From Promethearchaeota archaeon (GTDB lineage Archaea; Asgardarchaeota; Lokiarchaeia; Sigyniarchaeales; SOKP01), in NCBI GenBank assembly GCA_019057795.1, contig JAHLWS010000049.1, positions 64,001 through 128,000 on the forward strand: DNA of 64,000 bases, read 5' to 3'. The translations under genes were made by a program, and so were the position numbers. Shown piece after piece: positions 1 through 8,675 of the stretch; position 1 is the stretch's first letter, and every line of letters starts with the position of its first letter. Below the pieces are notes generated by a model. That model was given only the letters and a program-made list of their open reading frames with translations, did not search any database and was not told the DNA's origin.

Positions 1-225
1 AGCACACCTGAATTGGTGGTCATTCGAGTTGATAAATGTATGTTTTGTTCAGAAATTGGAGTTTCTTGTGATTTATTCAAAGGTTTTATAATTCATTCGT
101 TGGAAAAAAATTTACCTTCGGGTTTTAGCGTGGTTCCATTTGGAACCATAAAAGAGAACGTAAGCGATCCTAACCATAATTCATTTATTTTGAAATTAAA
201 AATTGAGAAAACATTTATATCCTAA
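1..225 (+). CDS. C-terminal part of a V4R/MetOD-like small-ligand-binding domain protein (5' end outside window)
   Basis: Frame open from base 1; CxxC...C..xG pattern (DKCMFC...SCDLFKG). Confidence 0.4.
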   Translation, partial: STPELVVIRVDKCMFCSEIGVSCDLFKGFIIHSLEKNLPSGFSVVPFGTIKENVSDPNHNSFILKLKIEKTFIS

Positions 226-305
226 AATAACAAAAGCTTATATATAACAAAAATCAAAATAAATTTTGTTGTATTTATATCTTTATAAAAATTACAAGTC
301 ATTAA

Positions 306-878
306 TTGGTAAAATTGCCAGCAGAAGGATTATCCACAGAAACAAAGGAATATGTTTTTAAAATCACAATTCTAGGAGATTCAGCTGTTGGTAAGACGTC
401 ACTTATTAATCAATTTGTAGAAAGCTCGTTTGAAGACGACTACAAACCTACATTAGGAGCCAATATAATCAGGAAGGATGTTACTATAGACAACGTTAAC
501 GCAAAAGTGCGATTAATAATGTGGGATCTTGCTGGTCAAGAAAAGTATAACGTTATAAGGTCTATGTACTTCCAAGGATGTGTTGGTGCATTATTAGTTT
601 TTGATCTTACACGACATAACACTTTTGACAACATTAAATCAAAATGGTTAAAGGATTTTAAAAACTACGTCAAAAAAGAAGGCGCATACATATTAATCGG
701 TAACAAAGTCGATTTAAACGACCAACGAGTAGTCTCTAATGAAGAGGGTACTAACCTCGCTAAAGAGGTTAATGCTAGCGATTTTATTGAAACGAGCGCT
801 AAATACGGCGAAAATGTAGAAAAGGCCTTTAAGAATTTAGTGCATCAAATTTTAAGAAACTATGGAGAAAAAATATAA
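306..878 (+). CDS. Rab-like small GTPase
   Basis: GDSAVGKTS, WDLAGQE, GNKVD, ETSAK motifs; no C-terminal prenylation Cys. Confidence 0.95.
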   Translation: MVKLPAEGLSTETKEYVFKITILGDSAVGKTSLINQFVESSFEDDYKPTLGANIIRKDVTIDNVNAKVRLIMWDLAGQEKYNVIRSMYFQGCVGALLVFDLTRHNTFDNIKSKWLKDFKNYVKKEGAYILIGNKVDLNDQRVVSNEEGTNLAKEVNASDFIETSAKYGENVEKAFKNLVHQILRNYGEKI

Positions 879-955
879 TCATACGTTATACTTCAAATTT
901 CTCTCATTTCGTCTTCTTTAATTTTATTAACACCCTTTCATTTCTATTTAAATAA

Positions 956-2116
956 GTGGTAAATATGAAGGAATTATCAAGAAAGGTTAATTTAGCACCA
1001 AAGTCTAAAATTCGAGAACTTTTTAATCTTGCCGCAGGGCGCTCCGATGTTATAAGTTTAGGAATTGGACAGCCAGATTTTCCAACCCCTGAACCTGCAA
1101 TAAAAGGAAATGTTAAGGCTTTAAATCAGAAAATTACTTATTATGCCCCAACCAGAGGCGTTCCAGCATTATTGCAGCAACTTGAACAGAAATTGAAATC
1201 AATGAATAACATTGTAGCAAATTGGAAGGAAAATATTATTGTTACTAACGGCGGTTCACAAGCTCTTAACCTTACTTTTGCTTCGCTGTTTAACCCTGGG
1301 GACGAGCTTATTATATCATCACCAAATTTTCTCTCATATTTCTATTTAGGCGTTTTTTTTGGCGTAAAAGTAATTGAAGTTGAAAGGAAAAACGATTTCA
1401 GTCCAGATATCGAGAAAATAAATAAATTAATCACTGATAAAACTAAAGCGATTTTGATAAATTCGCCTAACAACCCTACAGGACATTCTTTAAGCAGAAA
1501 TGAATTGCTAGGAATAGTTGAAATAGTTAAGAACAACGACTTGTTTTTAATCTCCGACGAAGTTTACGAGAACTACCTTTACGATGGGACAGAACATACG
1601 AGTCCAGCTTCCTTAAAAGGTATGTTTGAAAGGACTATTACCTTAAATGCAATGTCTAAATTGTATTCCGCCACGGGATTTAGAATGGGTTATGTGGCTG
1701 CTAATAAAGAAATAATTGATTTAATGGAAAAATATCATCAATACACCGCAGCAGGCACAAATCACGCTGCTCAATATGGTTTCTTAGAGGCTTTGAAGAT
1801 GGGAAGCGGCTTTTTTGACGAGATTTTGGAGAGTTTTAATATAAGACGTTTACTAGCTTATAACCGGCTAAAGGAAATGGGTTTTGAAGTTGTTAAACCG
1901 AAAGGAGCGTTTTATGTTATGCCAAAAATTAACCAATTTGGTCTTACGGGAGCAGAATTTTCGAAAAAAATAATGGAAGATCAAGCAGTTGCAGTAGTAC
2001 CGGGTAATGTATTTGGATCCTACTCAGAATACATGTTAAGAATGTCGTACGCTACTAAATTAGAAAGACTTGAAGAAGCTATGGATAGGGTCGAAAAATT
2101 TATTAAAACTTTATAA
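956..2116 (+). CDS. PLP-dependent class I/II (aspartate-type) aminotransferase
   Basis: GQPDF, NSPNNPTG, DEVY, SKLYSATGFRMG. Confidence 0.93.
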   Translation: MVNMKELSRKVNLAPKSKIRELFNLAAGRSDVISLGIGQPDFPTPEPAIKGNVKALNQKITYYAPTRGVPALLQQLEQKLKSMNNIVANWKENIIVTNGGSQALNLTFASLFNPGDELIISSPNFLSYFYLGVFFGVKVIEVERKNDFSPDIEKINKLITDKTKAILINSPNNPTGHSLSRNELLGIVEIVKNNDLFLISDEVYENYLYDGTEHTSPASLKGMFERTITLNAMSKLYSATGFRMGYVAANKEIIDLMEKYHQYTAAGTNHAAQYGFLEALKMGSGFFDEILESFNIRRLLAYNRLKEMGFEVVKPKGAFYVMPKINQFGLTGAEFSKKIMEDQAVAVVPGNVFGSYSEYMLRMSYATKLERLEEAMDRVEKFIKTL

Positions 2117-2364
2117 TGATTAAATTATTAAACGTTATGAGTGGAAGCATGGAAATAAAATACGACGTAAAAGTAGTGACGGACTGCGAAAGTTTAAACG
2201 TGGACATGATCAACGAGGCGGAAATATTTATGCCGTTAACGACTAAAAACGAACGTTTAAACTCGGAAATAAGAAAACGAGTTTGGAACTTAGCGTTGTT
2301 AAAACGGAAGTGTTTAAGTTTGCGATTACATAATATAGTTTGGGGAATGGAGCGAGGTAAGTAA
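2116..2364 (+). pseudogene. C-terminal fragment of a QueE-like (7-carboxy-7-deazaguanine synthase) radical SAM protein
   Basis: KVV..D, IFMP and LSLRLHNIVWGMERG resemble the QueE C-terminus; no CxxxCxxC motif; CpG-rich codons unlike neighbours. Confidence 0.55.
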
Positions 2365-2365
2365 A

Positions 2366-2812
2366 ATGGATAAAAAATTTATTACGTGGAGAATTTACGA
2401 CGTTATTATCAAAAAAATCGTAAAAGAGATTAAAAAAAGCGGAGAAGAATACGATGCTATAGGCACGCTTTCGAGAGGAGGATACGTTCCCGCGGTTCAC
2501 ATAGCCAATTTGTTAGACATTCGACATATTTACGAGATAAACGCATACACAACCGCGGAAATTAAAGAAATGAAAAATCTATTGATCGTGGACGATGTTA
2601 CGGATTCCGGTGATACTTTGAGTAGGTATCGGGATCTTAATCTCGATATAGTTTGCGTTTGTTTAAAGCCAAGCACCGTAGTAAAACCTACATATCCTGC
2701 TATGGAAATTATGGACGATGAATGGGTGGTTTTCCCATGGGAATCTAAAAATTCAATAACCATGAAAGATCGGGATAAAAACAAGGAGGTTAAAAAAAAT
2801 GATATATTGTAG
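2366..2812 (+). CDS. Type I phosphoribosyltransferase (xanthine/purine PRT-like)
   Basis: LSRGG, LIVDDVTDSGDT PRPP loop, WVVFPWE. Confidence 0.88.
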   Translation: MDKKFITWRIYDVIIKKIVKEIKKSGEEYDAIGTLSRGGYVPAVHIANLLDIRHIYEINAYTTAEIKEMKNLLIVDDVTDSGDTLSRYRDLNLDIVCVCLKPSTVVKPTYPAMEIMDDEWVVFPWESKNSITMKDRDKNKEVKKNDIL

Positions 2813-2825
2813 AAATCATAAATTA

Positions 2826-3977
2826 TCAATCTTTTTCATTGCTGTAAGTTTGTAGGAGAGCGTTTGTTAAATACTCTGTGGCTTGAAAAACTTGTTCTAA
2901 TTCAATAAATTCGTCTATTTTATGAATATTGTTCGGATCCCCTGGGCCAAATATTACAAAAGGGATTGGATTATTAGCACTAATGAGATGAGCGGCATCA
3001 GTTGCATAGGATAAACCTAAAACCTCGCTTTTCGAGACCTCTTTTAGATTCTGAATGAATAGATGGTTTGAGTCTGTTTGAAGCGCAGATAGCTCATTTA
3101 TAATCTCTGTCTCGATAGAGAAGTTGTGTTTTTGAAGATTCTTTAAATTATCAATTAAAGAGTTATGATCTTGTTCGGGGATTATCCTATAGTCAAGCTC
3201 TAAGATAGCTTGATCCGGAACTATGTTAATAGCGGTACCTCCACTAATTTTTCCAATATTCAAAGTTGATTTTCCTAATATAACATTTGTATTTTCTTCT
3301 AAACAGTAGTATAATTGAGGAATAATTTTTAATGCTCCTTCAATTGCATTAATTCCTTCTTTGGGCGCTGATCCATGCGCAGATTTCCCAATTATTTTCA
3401 ATTTAACCCACAACAAACCTTTTTCACCGATCCCTATTTTTAAGTCTGTAGGTTCCGCTATTATTAGAAGGATTGAGTCGTCCATAACCCCTTGTTTTGA
3501 AAGAGTAATAGAACCTGCCATTCCTGCTTCTTCGTCAGCAGTTCCTACGAATACTAATGTATACTTCTCAAAAAAATCGGGAATTTTACTTAAGGTTTTC
3601 ATCACGCCTATTAAGGACGCAACGCCACCTTTCATATCAGCGGAACCGCGACCATATAATCTTCCATTTTTAATTTTAGCGGAAAAAGGAGGGTATTCCC
3701 ATTGAGCGGCGTCTCCTACAGGAACCACATCAAAGTGTCCAGATAATACAATTTTGTCTTTCCCATTTCCAATAGTAGATACAAGGTTATGGAGTTCTAC
3801 ACCGTTTTTTATACTTACAATAACTTGATTTTGAAAACCTTGTTCTTCTTTAAAAACATCAGCGATAAGGAAATTTACAATTTCTTTTGTTGTACCCGGT
3901 GGATTTTCTGAAGGGATTTGGACCAAATTTTTCAAGATAAAAATAATTTCGTCTCTTAAAAGTTTTGAAATTTTCAT
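2826..3977 (-). CDS. M20 family deacylase (ArgE/DapE-like)
   Basis: GHFDVVP, GRGSADMKGG, ADEE, AHGS, H..DE. Confidence 0.92.
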   Translation of the reverse strand: MKISKLLRDEIIFILKNLVQIPSENPPGTTKEIVNFLIADVFKEEQGFQNQVIVSIKNGVELHNLVSTIGNGKDKIVLSGHFDVVPVGDAAQWEYPPFSAKIKNGRLYGRGSADMKGGVASLIGVMKTLSKIPDFFEKYTLVFVGTADEEAGMAGSITLSKQGVMDDSILLIIAEPTDLKIGIGEKGLLWVKLKIIGKSAHGSAPKEGINAIEGALKIIPQLYYCLEENTNVILGKSTLNIGKISGGTAINIVPDQAILELDYRIIPEQDHNSLIDNLKNLQKHNFSIETEIINELSALQTDSNHLFIQNLKEVSKSEVLGLSYATDAAHLISANNPIPFVIFGPGDPNNIHKIDEFIELEQVFQATEYLTNALLQTYSNEKD

Positions 3978-4379
3978 TTTTAGCTATTGTGATCTTATTT
4001 CTTATCATAAATTAAATATATTTTTTCTGCTAGAAACTAACATCTGCCAAAATGGAAAGCATCTGTTTGTTGTTATACGAAAGTGTGTTTGTTTTTATTT
4101 TACATTTATCGTGATTTCTTTATGATATGTATTTATAAATTACATGGTAATTCTAAATTACTGTGGTGATATACATCATTTAAACGGAATAAAAACTTTA
4201 ATACCTTAAAAACCAAAATAGAGCTAATAAGAATACCATATCGCATTGAATGGTAAATTCAGAGTCTCTTTCCAATGAAAATTCTTTTGAAATTCAAATT
4301 TTAATTTTTACTTCAATACCGTGATATTAAAGAAAGACTAACTAAAATAAAACCATTTTATTATTATATCTATTAACTA

Positions 4380-5738
4380 CTAAAATATTTCTCTATTAAT
4401 AATGGCATTTTCAAATTCGGATCTATCCATTAAATATTCAAGAAATTCTTCTATACTTGTCATTTCACTCTTCAAATCCTTTATCTTATCTTCCTTAATT
4501 GGAACGGGAAAGCCGAATTTTAAAAACAAATTATAATAATTATAAGGTGTTATTTTTTTGATATAATTTAAAAAATCATCGAAATTATTTTTCAGTTGAA
4601 TAGCATCTTCTTTTTTTATTGGTATATTTCTATAATGAATTTTATCAGTTAAATATTCATAAGATATAGGTTTCAGACCATATAAGGGAACTGGGACTAG
4701 ATAATTAATTTCATTTAATAAACCATGACTGAGAGGATTTCTATATTTGCTCTTTATTTCCCTAAATGCATCATATAACTTCTTTATTCCTTTATCATTT
4801 TGTATAGGAAAAATATATTTAAATTTGGATTCCCAAGGTTTTGATTTAAAATCTTTTAATCCTATTGTACGGGTTTGAAATAAATAAAAAATCTCTAATA
4901 TAAATTCTAATATTGAAAAGAATATCGTAATTAATGCAAATGAAAAATTTGATATTTCTTTTTCTGCTTCTTCAATAAGAACAGCGTATCTATCATGCAT
5001 AATGAATCCTTTAAGTTTACTATCATCAATTTCGTTCTTATGGTTTTCTATCAATTTTTGAGAAAAATTAAATTCATTTAATAATTCAAATAATGGATCA
5101 CCAATATCTTTAATTACATCCCGGATTGGCGTTCCTTCTTTATGTTCAATCTTCAATTTTTTTCTAAAATTTTCAATATCTTTTTTTGCTAGCAATGAAT
5201 TATAATTTTGAAGAGCTAGCTCTAATTTAGATTTAAAAAAGAGATAAATTGACTCCAATTTCCTATAAGTATTATAGATATAATAAGTTTCTATTTTAGA
5301 ATCATCTAGATATTCCTTTTTAAAGTAAGGTATTAATTTCTTTGCTGCTTTCTTAAGTTTAGAGAGAATTAATAATGAGACCTTATATAAATCTGAATCT
5401 TCATCAATCGTCTCAAAAAATATACCCGTTTTTATTTCCTTCCTTATGATATATTTTTCCTCACAATTTACCTCTAATGTCCAAGATCCAAACTTATAAT
5501 CTCTTATCTTAAAATCATAACCTTGAAATCGAAAGTATGTATGCCACCACACTTTATCAATTTTACCATAATCTTTTAGCTTCAGAATATCTATAAAAAT
5601 TAGTCTAACGATATAAACGGGGGGATCATAGTTTTTCAATAATATATTTCTAAACCCGTATAAAGGATCTATTTCTCTAGGGTTCTGAACCTTTAAATCT
5701 TTAAAAATTAGTTTAATTTTGTCTTCAACACTACTCAT
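4380..5738 (-). CDS. Protein with C-terminal HEPN-like RNase domain
   Basis: Helix with FSILE followed by Rx4H motif (YRNPLSH). Confidence 0.6.
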   Translation of the reverse strand: MSSVEDKIKLIFKDLKVQNPREIDPLYGFRNILLKNYDPPVYIVRLIFIDILKLKDYGKIDKVWWHTYFRFQGYDFKIRDYKFGSWTLEVNCEEKYIIRKEIKTGIFFETIDEDSDLYKVSLLILSKLKKAAKKLIPYFKKEYLDDSKIETYYIYNTYRKLESIYLFFKSKLELALQNYNSLLAKKDIENFRKKLKIEHKEGTPIRDVIKDIGDPLFELLNEFNFSQKLIENHKNEIDDSKLKGFIMHDRYAVLIEEAEKEISNFSFALITIFFSILEFILEIFYLFQTRTIGLKDFKSKPWESKFKYIFPIQNDKGIKKLYDAFREIKSKYRNPLSHGLLNEINYLVPVPLYGLKPISYEYLTDKIHYRNIPIKKEDAIQLKNNFDDFLNYIKKITPYNYYNLFLKFGFPVPIKEDKIKDLKSEMTSIEEFLEYLMDRSEFENAIINREIF

Positions 5739-5739
5739 A

Positions 5740-6507
5740 TCAATCTCTTTGTTTTCGAGTTATTTCAAATTCTTCAACTATAAATTTAAATATGACATCT
5801 ATTTCTCTTAATTTCCTAATTAACTCATCAATTTTATCAAGTTCTTGAAATGTTATTTTATCTGATTTTGAATTGATCATTTGAATGAAGTTAAAGATCT
5901 CTATAAGATTTTCATTTTGAACATTTGATATTATACCTTTTGAGGCTAATTGCGATATTCGTTCTTCAATTGTAAGACCTGAACTCAGAAGACCGTCTAA
6001 TATAAATATCAGCATAGATGATTTAATTCTTTGCCATCCTTTCTCTAAAATATTAAACTTTTTAATAAAATTGAAAATTCCAACCTTATTAACCAAATTA
6101 CTTAAATCCACTTCATACAATTTTGAGATTAATGAAATTGCTTCTTCAGTATAGGATTTAACGATTTCTTTATTAACTGAAATACCAATACCTTCATGAT
6201 ATAAATTATTACGTAATTCATGATTATGTTCAATACTGCTTAATTCTTGTTCACTTACTTTATTTGGTACAACTCTTAAAATAAAACTTAAAAGCTTTGA
6301 GAAATCTCGCTTAATATTATTATAATCTTTGCGTTTAATATTTAAAACTCTTAGATTTCTTGATATGTAGGTTTTTACAGCTAATTCTAATGCATTATCA
6401 ATAGAAATCATTGCTAATCTTCTATCAAACTCAGTGTCGTTTAAAAAATGTTCTATTCCGTGTTCTAAAAGTTCATAACATCCACTTAACCAAGGATTTT
6501 GAGTCAT
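5740..6507 (-). CDS. HEPN-domain protein (N-terminal HEPN, possibly a degenerate second HEPN-like unit)
   Basis: ISIDNALELAVK helix plus LRNNLYH (Rx4H). Confidence 0.7.
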   Translation of the reverse strand: MTQNPWLSGCYELLEHGIEHFLNDTEFDRRLAMISIDNALELAVKTYISRNLRVLNIKRKDYNNIKRDFSKLLSFILRVVPNKVSEQELSSIEHNHELRNNLYHEGIGISVNKEIVKSYTEEAISLISKLYEVDLSNLVNKVGIFNFIKKFNILEKGWQRIKSSMLIFILDGLLSSGLTIEERISQLASKGIISNVQNENLIEIFNFIQMINSKSDKITFQELDKIDELIRKLREIDVIFKFIVEEFEITRKQRD

Positions 6508-6747
6508 AATTTATCCCTATTGAACTTCGTTGAAGATAATAATAATTAATAGGATATATATATTTTATAAAAAATTATTTTATTTTAGTTTAATAATTAA
6601 GAAATAATTAGATTTATTATTTTATAAGAAGTATATTATTTTTACTTGAAAAACTAATATTTGAGATTGAGTTATAGAGATCAATAATAATTTCATTGAA
6701 AAAATCTATTAGTATATATGATTACTTATTTTTTATTGTGATACATC

Positions 6748-6852
6748 ATGTCAAGAACTTCTATTATAAGAAAAGCAGATCTTTATGGACCAAGGGATTT
6801 ACTTAGAAATGCTAAATATTTACTAGATACTAGAGACCCTAAATTTCAATAA
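6748..6852 (+). pseudogene. Truncated N-terminal gene fragment (34 aa), possibly a paralogue of the 7079 gene
   Basis: GTGA RBS-like motif, ATG, MSRTSIIRKADLYGPRDLLRNAKYLLDTRDPKFQ*; stop lies in a short AATTTCAAT tandem duplication. Confidence 0.3.
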
Positions 6853-7078
6853 TTTCAATAATTCTTAAATCTTTGAATTCTTTCTCTAACGTTAACGATT
6901 GAACAAAACTTATCGTAAATGATTGTTATAATTTGCGTTTCGAAATTCGTCAAATTCAAATTCTTAAAAGATTATACATATAACAAACAGATTTAAAGGT
7001 AAAAAAGCTCAATAAAGAATCCATTGCTAAAAATAGATCAAATCTCCAAAAGCGATTTGGCGATTTAAAGGTGATTAT

Positions 7079-7957
7079 GTGACATCTATAGGTAAAATAA
7101 AAAAAACAGAACGTAAAATAATAATTAAGATGTATCAATTTGCAAAAGAATTGTCAAATTCAGATAATCCACAACTTTATGAACTTGGACACTATCTAAC
7201 GGACAACATTATTTCAAAGATTTGCATGCTCGTCGCAATAGAAAATAACAAAAAAATTACAAAAAAAACACCTAAAGGGAAGGAATATTCGTTGTCCTTT
7301 CGTAAGCTATATAATAGTGTATTAAAAGAAATATACCCGAGCGTGCCTGATTATGAAGAGATAGAAAGTCTACACGAAGAAAGAAATATATATCAACACG
7401 AAGCGCGGTCAATATCTCATCATTTCAATCGTCAGTATGCTCTAGATTATTTAGAAAAAGTAAAGGAAATAATGATAGCTACAAATATCCTCGATATACA
7501 CGGTGAAACCGAAGCAACTAAATATTTTTCAGAAGATAACAAAGCCCTACCTGATAATGAGACCAAGAAAAAAAATAAAAAAATTCAGAAAAGGTGTCTA
7601 AAATCTTTAAATACTCTTTGTTCTTATTTATATGGAATTGAAGTAGGGCATTATGACAAGGACGCCCCAAAGGTAATTTCCTCGTTAAGTTTGTTAAAAA
7701 CTTATAAAGATCTAATCTTACCGTTAGGCATTACTTACTTGGATGTATCTACGAAAATAACAACAGGAATGTTCGCATTTTTGGATGGTGTTAAAATATT
7801 CGTTAACGTAGATTGCGAAAGGAGCCTGGAAATTGTTTTAGATCTTTATCAATTTAAAATTGTTACAATTCATAAGTTCCATATTGATGGCAGGGAATTT
7901 CAAGGTTTTGAAGAGGTTTCTCAGATTTTAGAATGCATACGTAAAAGAATATTATGA
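7079..7957 (+). CDS. HEPN-like domain protein
   Basis: AGGTGA RBS; LTDNIIS helix; ERNIYQH (Rx4H). Confidence 0.6.
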   Translation: MTSIGKIKKTERKIIIKMYQFAKELSNSDNPQLYELGHYLTDNIISKICMLVAIENNKKITKKTPKGKEYSLSFRKLYNSVLKEIYPSVPDYEEIESLHEERNIYQHEARSISHHFNRQYALDYLEKVKEIMIATNILDIHGETEATKYFSEDNKALPDNETKKKNKKIQKRCLKSLNTLCSYLYGIEVGHYDKDAPKVISSLSLLKTYKDLILPLGITYLDVSTKITTGMFAFLDGVKIFVNVDCERSLEIVLDLYQFKIVTIHKFHIDGREFQGFEEVSQILECIRKRIL

Positions 7958-8057
7958 GAGACGTTTAGGAATTAACCTTTTTAATCCTTCGTGTTCTACG
8001 ACTCTATAAGTTAAAAAAGAGATATAGAAACAAAATGAACGAACTACTTCTTTTTTT

Positions 8058-8384
8058 TTATTTACCCTTAGAAAAATCTCTAAAATCCCGAAATTGATTA
8101 CCGCTTTCGACGGATGTTTCACGCTCGTCTTCAGAACCCTCAGTTCCCACTTCCCTCTCGAGTAAACTCTTTACGAACTCCTCTACGGCGACTTTGTACT
8201 CGCCAACTCTGCTTTTAGGTACTTGAAAAAACAAAAAAGCCGAATCCGCCCCCAAAGTTAACTCGATCGCGAACTTACCCTCAACGAACTCCCGAACAGC
8301 CTCTCGGTACTCCAATATCTTGCTCGAAGGAACCCTAACGCTCACCCAACCCGATGCCTCGCCAAACTTACGCTTTCTACCCAA
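8058..8384 (-). CDS. Small DNA-binding protein with two tandem ribbon-helix repeats (plasmid/virus regulator-like)
   Basis: GRKRKFGE basic N-terminus; internal repeat WVSVRVPSSKILEYREAVREFV / FLFFQVPKSRVGEYKVAVEEFV; GC-richer than flanks. Confidence 0.55.
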   Translation of the reverse strand: MGRKRKFGEASGWVSVRVPSSKILEYREAVREFVEGKFAIELTLGADSAFLFFQVPKSRVGEYKVAVEEFVKSLLEREVGTEGSEDERETSVESGNQFRDFRDFSKGK

Positions 8385-8480
8385 GAATCCAAACCAAAAC
8401 TAGTTAAAACTTTCTTAAATTATAAGTTAGAAGAAACGATTTTAAACCGCTTGAATTTTAAAATAAAAACTTTCGAAAAT

Positions 8481-8542
8481 TTCGCGACTCGAATTTACGC
8501 GTTCCGAGACTCGAAATACCCTCCCTCCTTTTCCGAGACTCG
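8481..8542. repeat. Three short direct repeats upstream of the ribbon-helix gene (operator/iteron-like)
   Basis: TTCGCGACTCG 8481-8491, TTCCGAGACTCG 8502-8513 and 8531-8542. Confidence 0.6.
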
Positions 8543-8675
8543 TAAAAACCCTATGTATCTTGATATATTATACGAAAGTATTAAAAAAATTAAAAAATAT
8601 TTCTCTCAAGTGCGGCAATCTTAATGTACTCTTCAAATTCAATTTGAAGTTAAAAATGTAATAAAAATTAGATAT

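Larger units (their letters stand above)
4073..8579. mobile_element. Putative defence/genomic island (three HEPN-like genes plus a ribbon-helix gene) bounded by the 12-bp direct repeat TTATACGAAAGT
   Basis: Identical 12-mer at 4073-4084 and 8568-8579; non-housekeeping content between a DapE-like gene and cdc48; no integrase seen. Confidence 0.5.

Noticed and set aside
6890-8010. Imperfect hairpins near the island genes (e.g. 7040-7066, ~7967-7988) as integron attC sites
   Set aside because: No consistent RYYYAAC/GTTRRRY boxes, no shared sequence and no integron integrase
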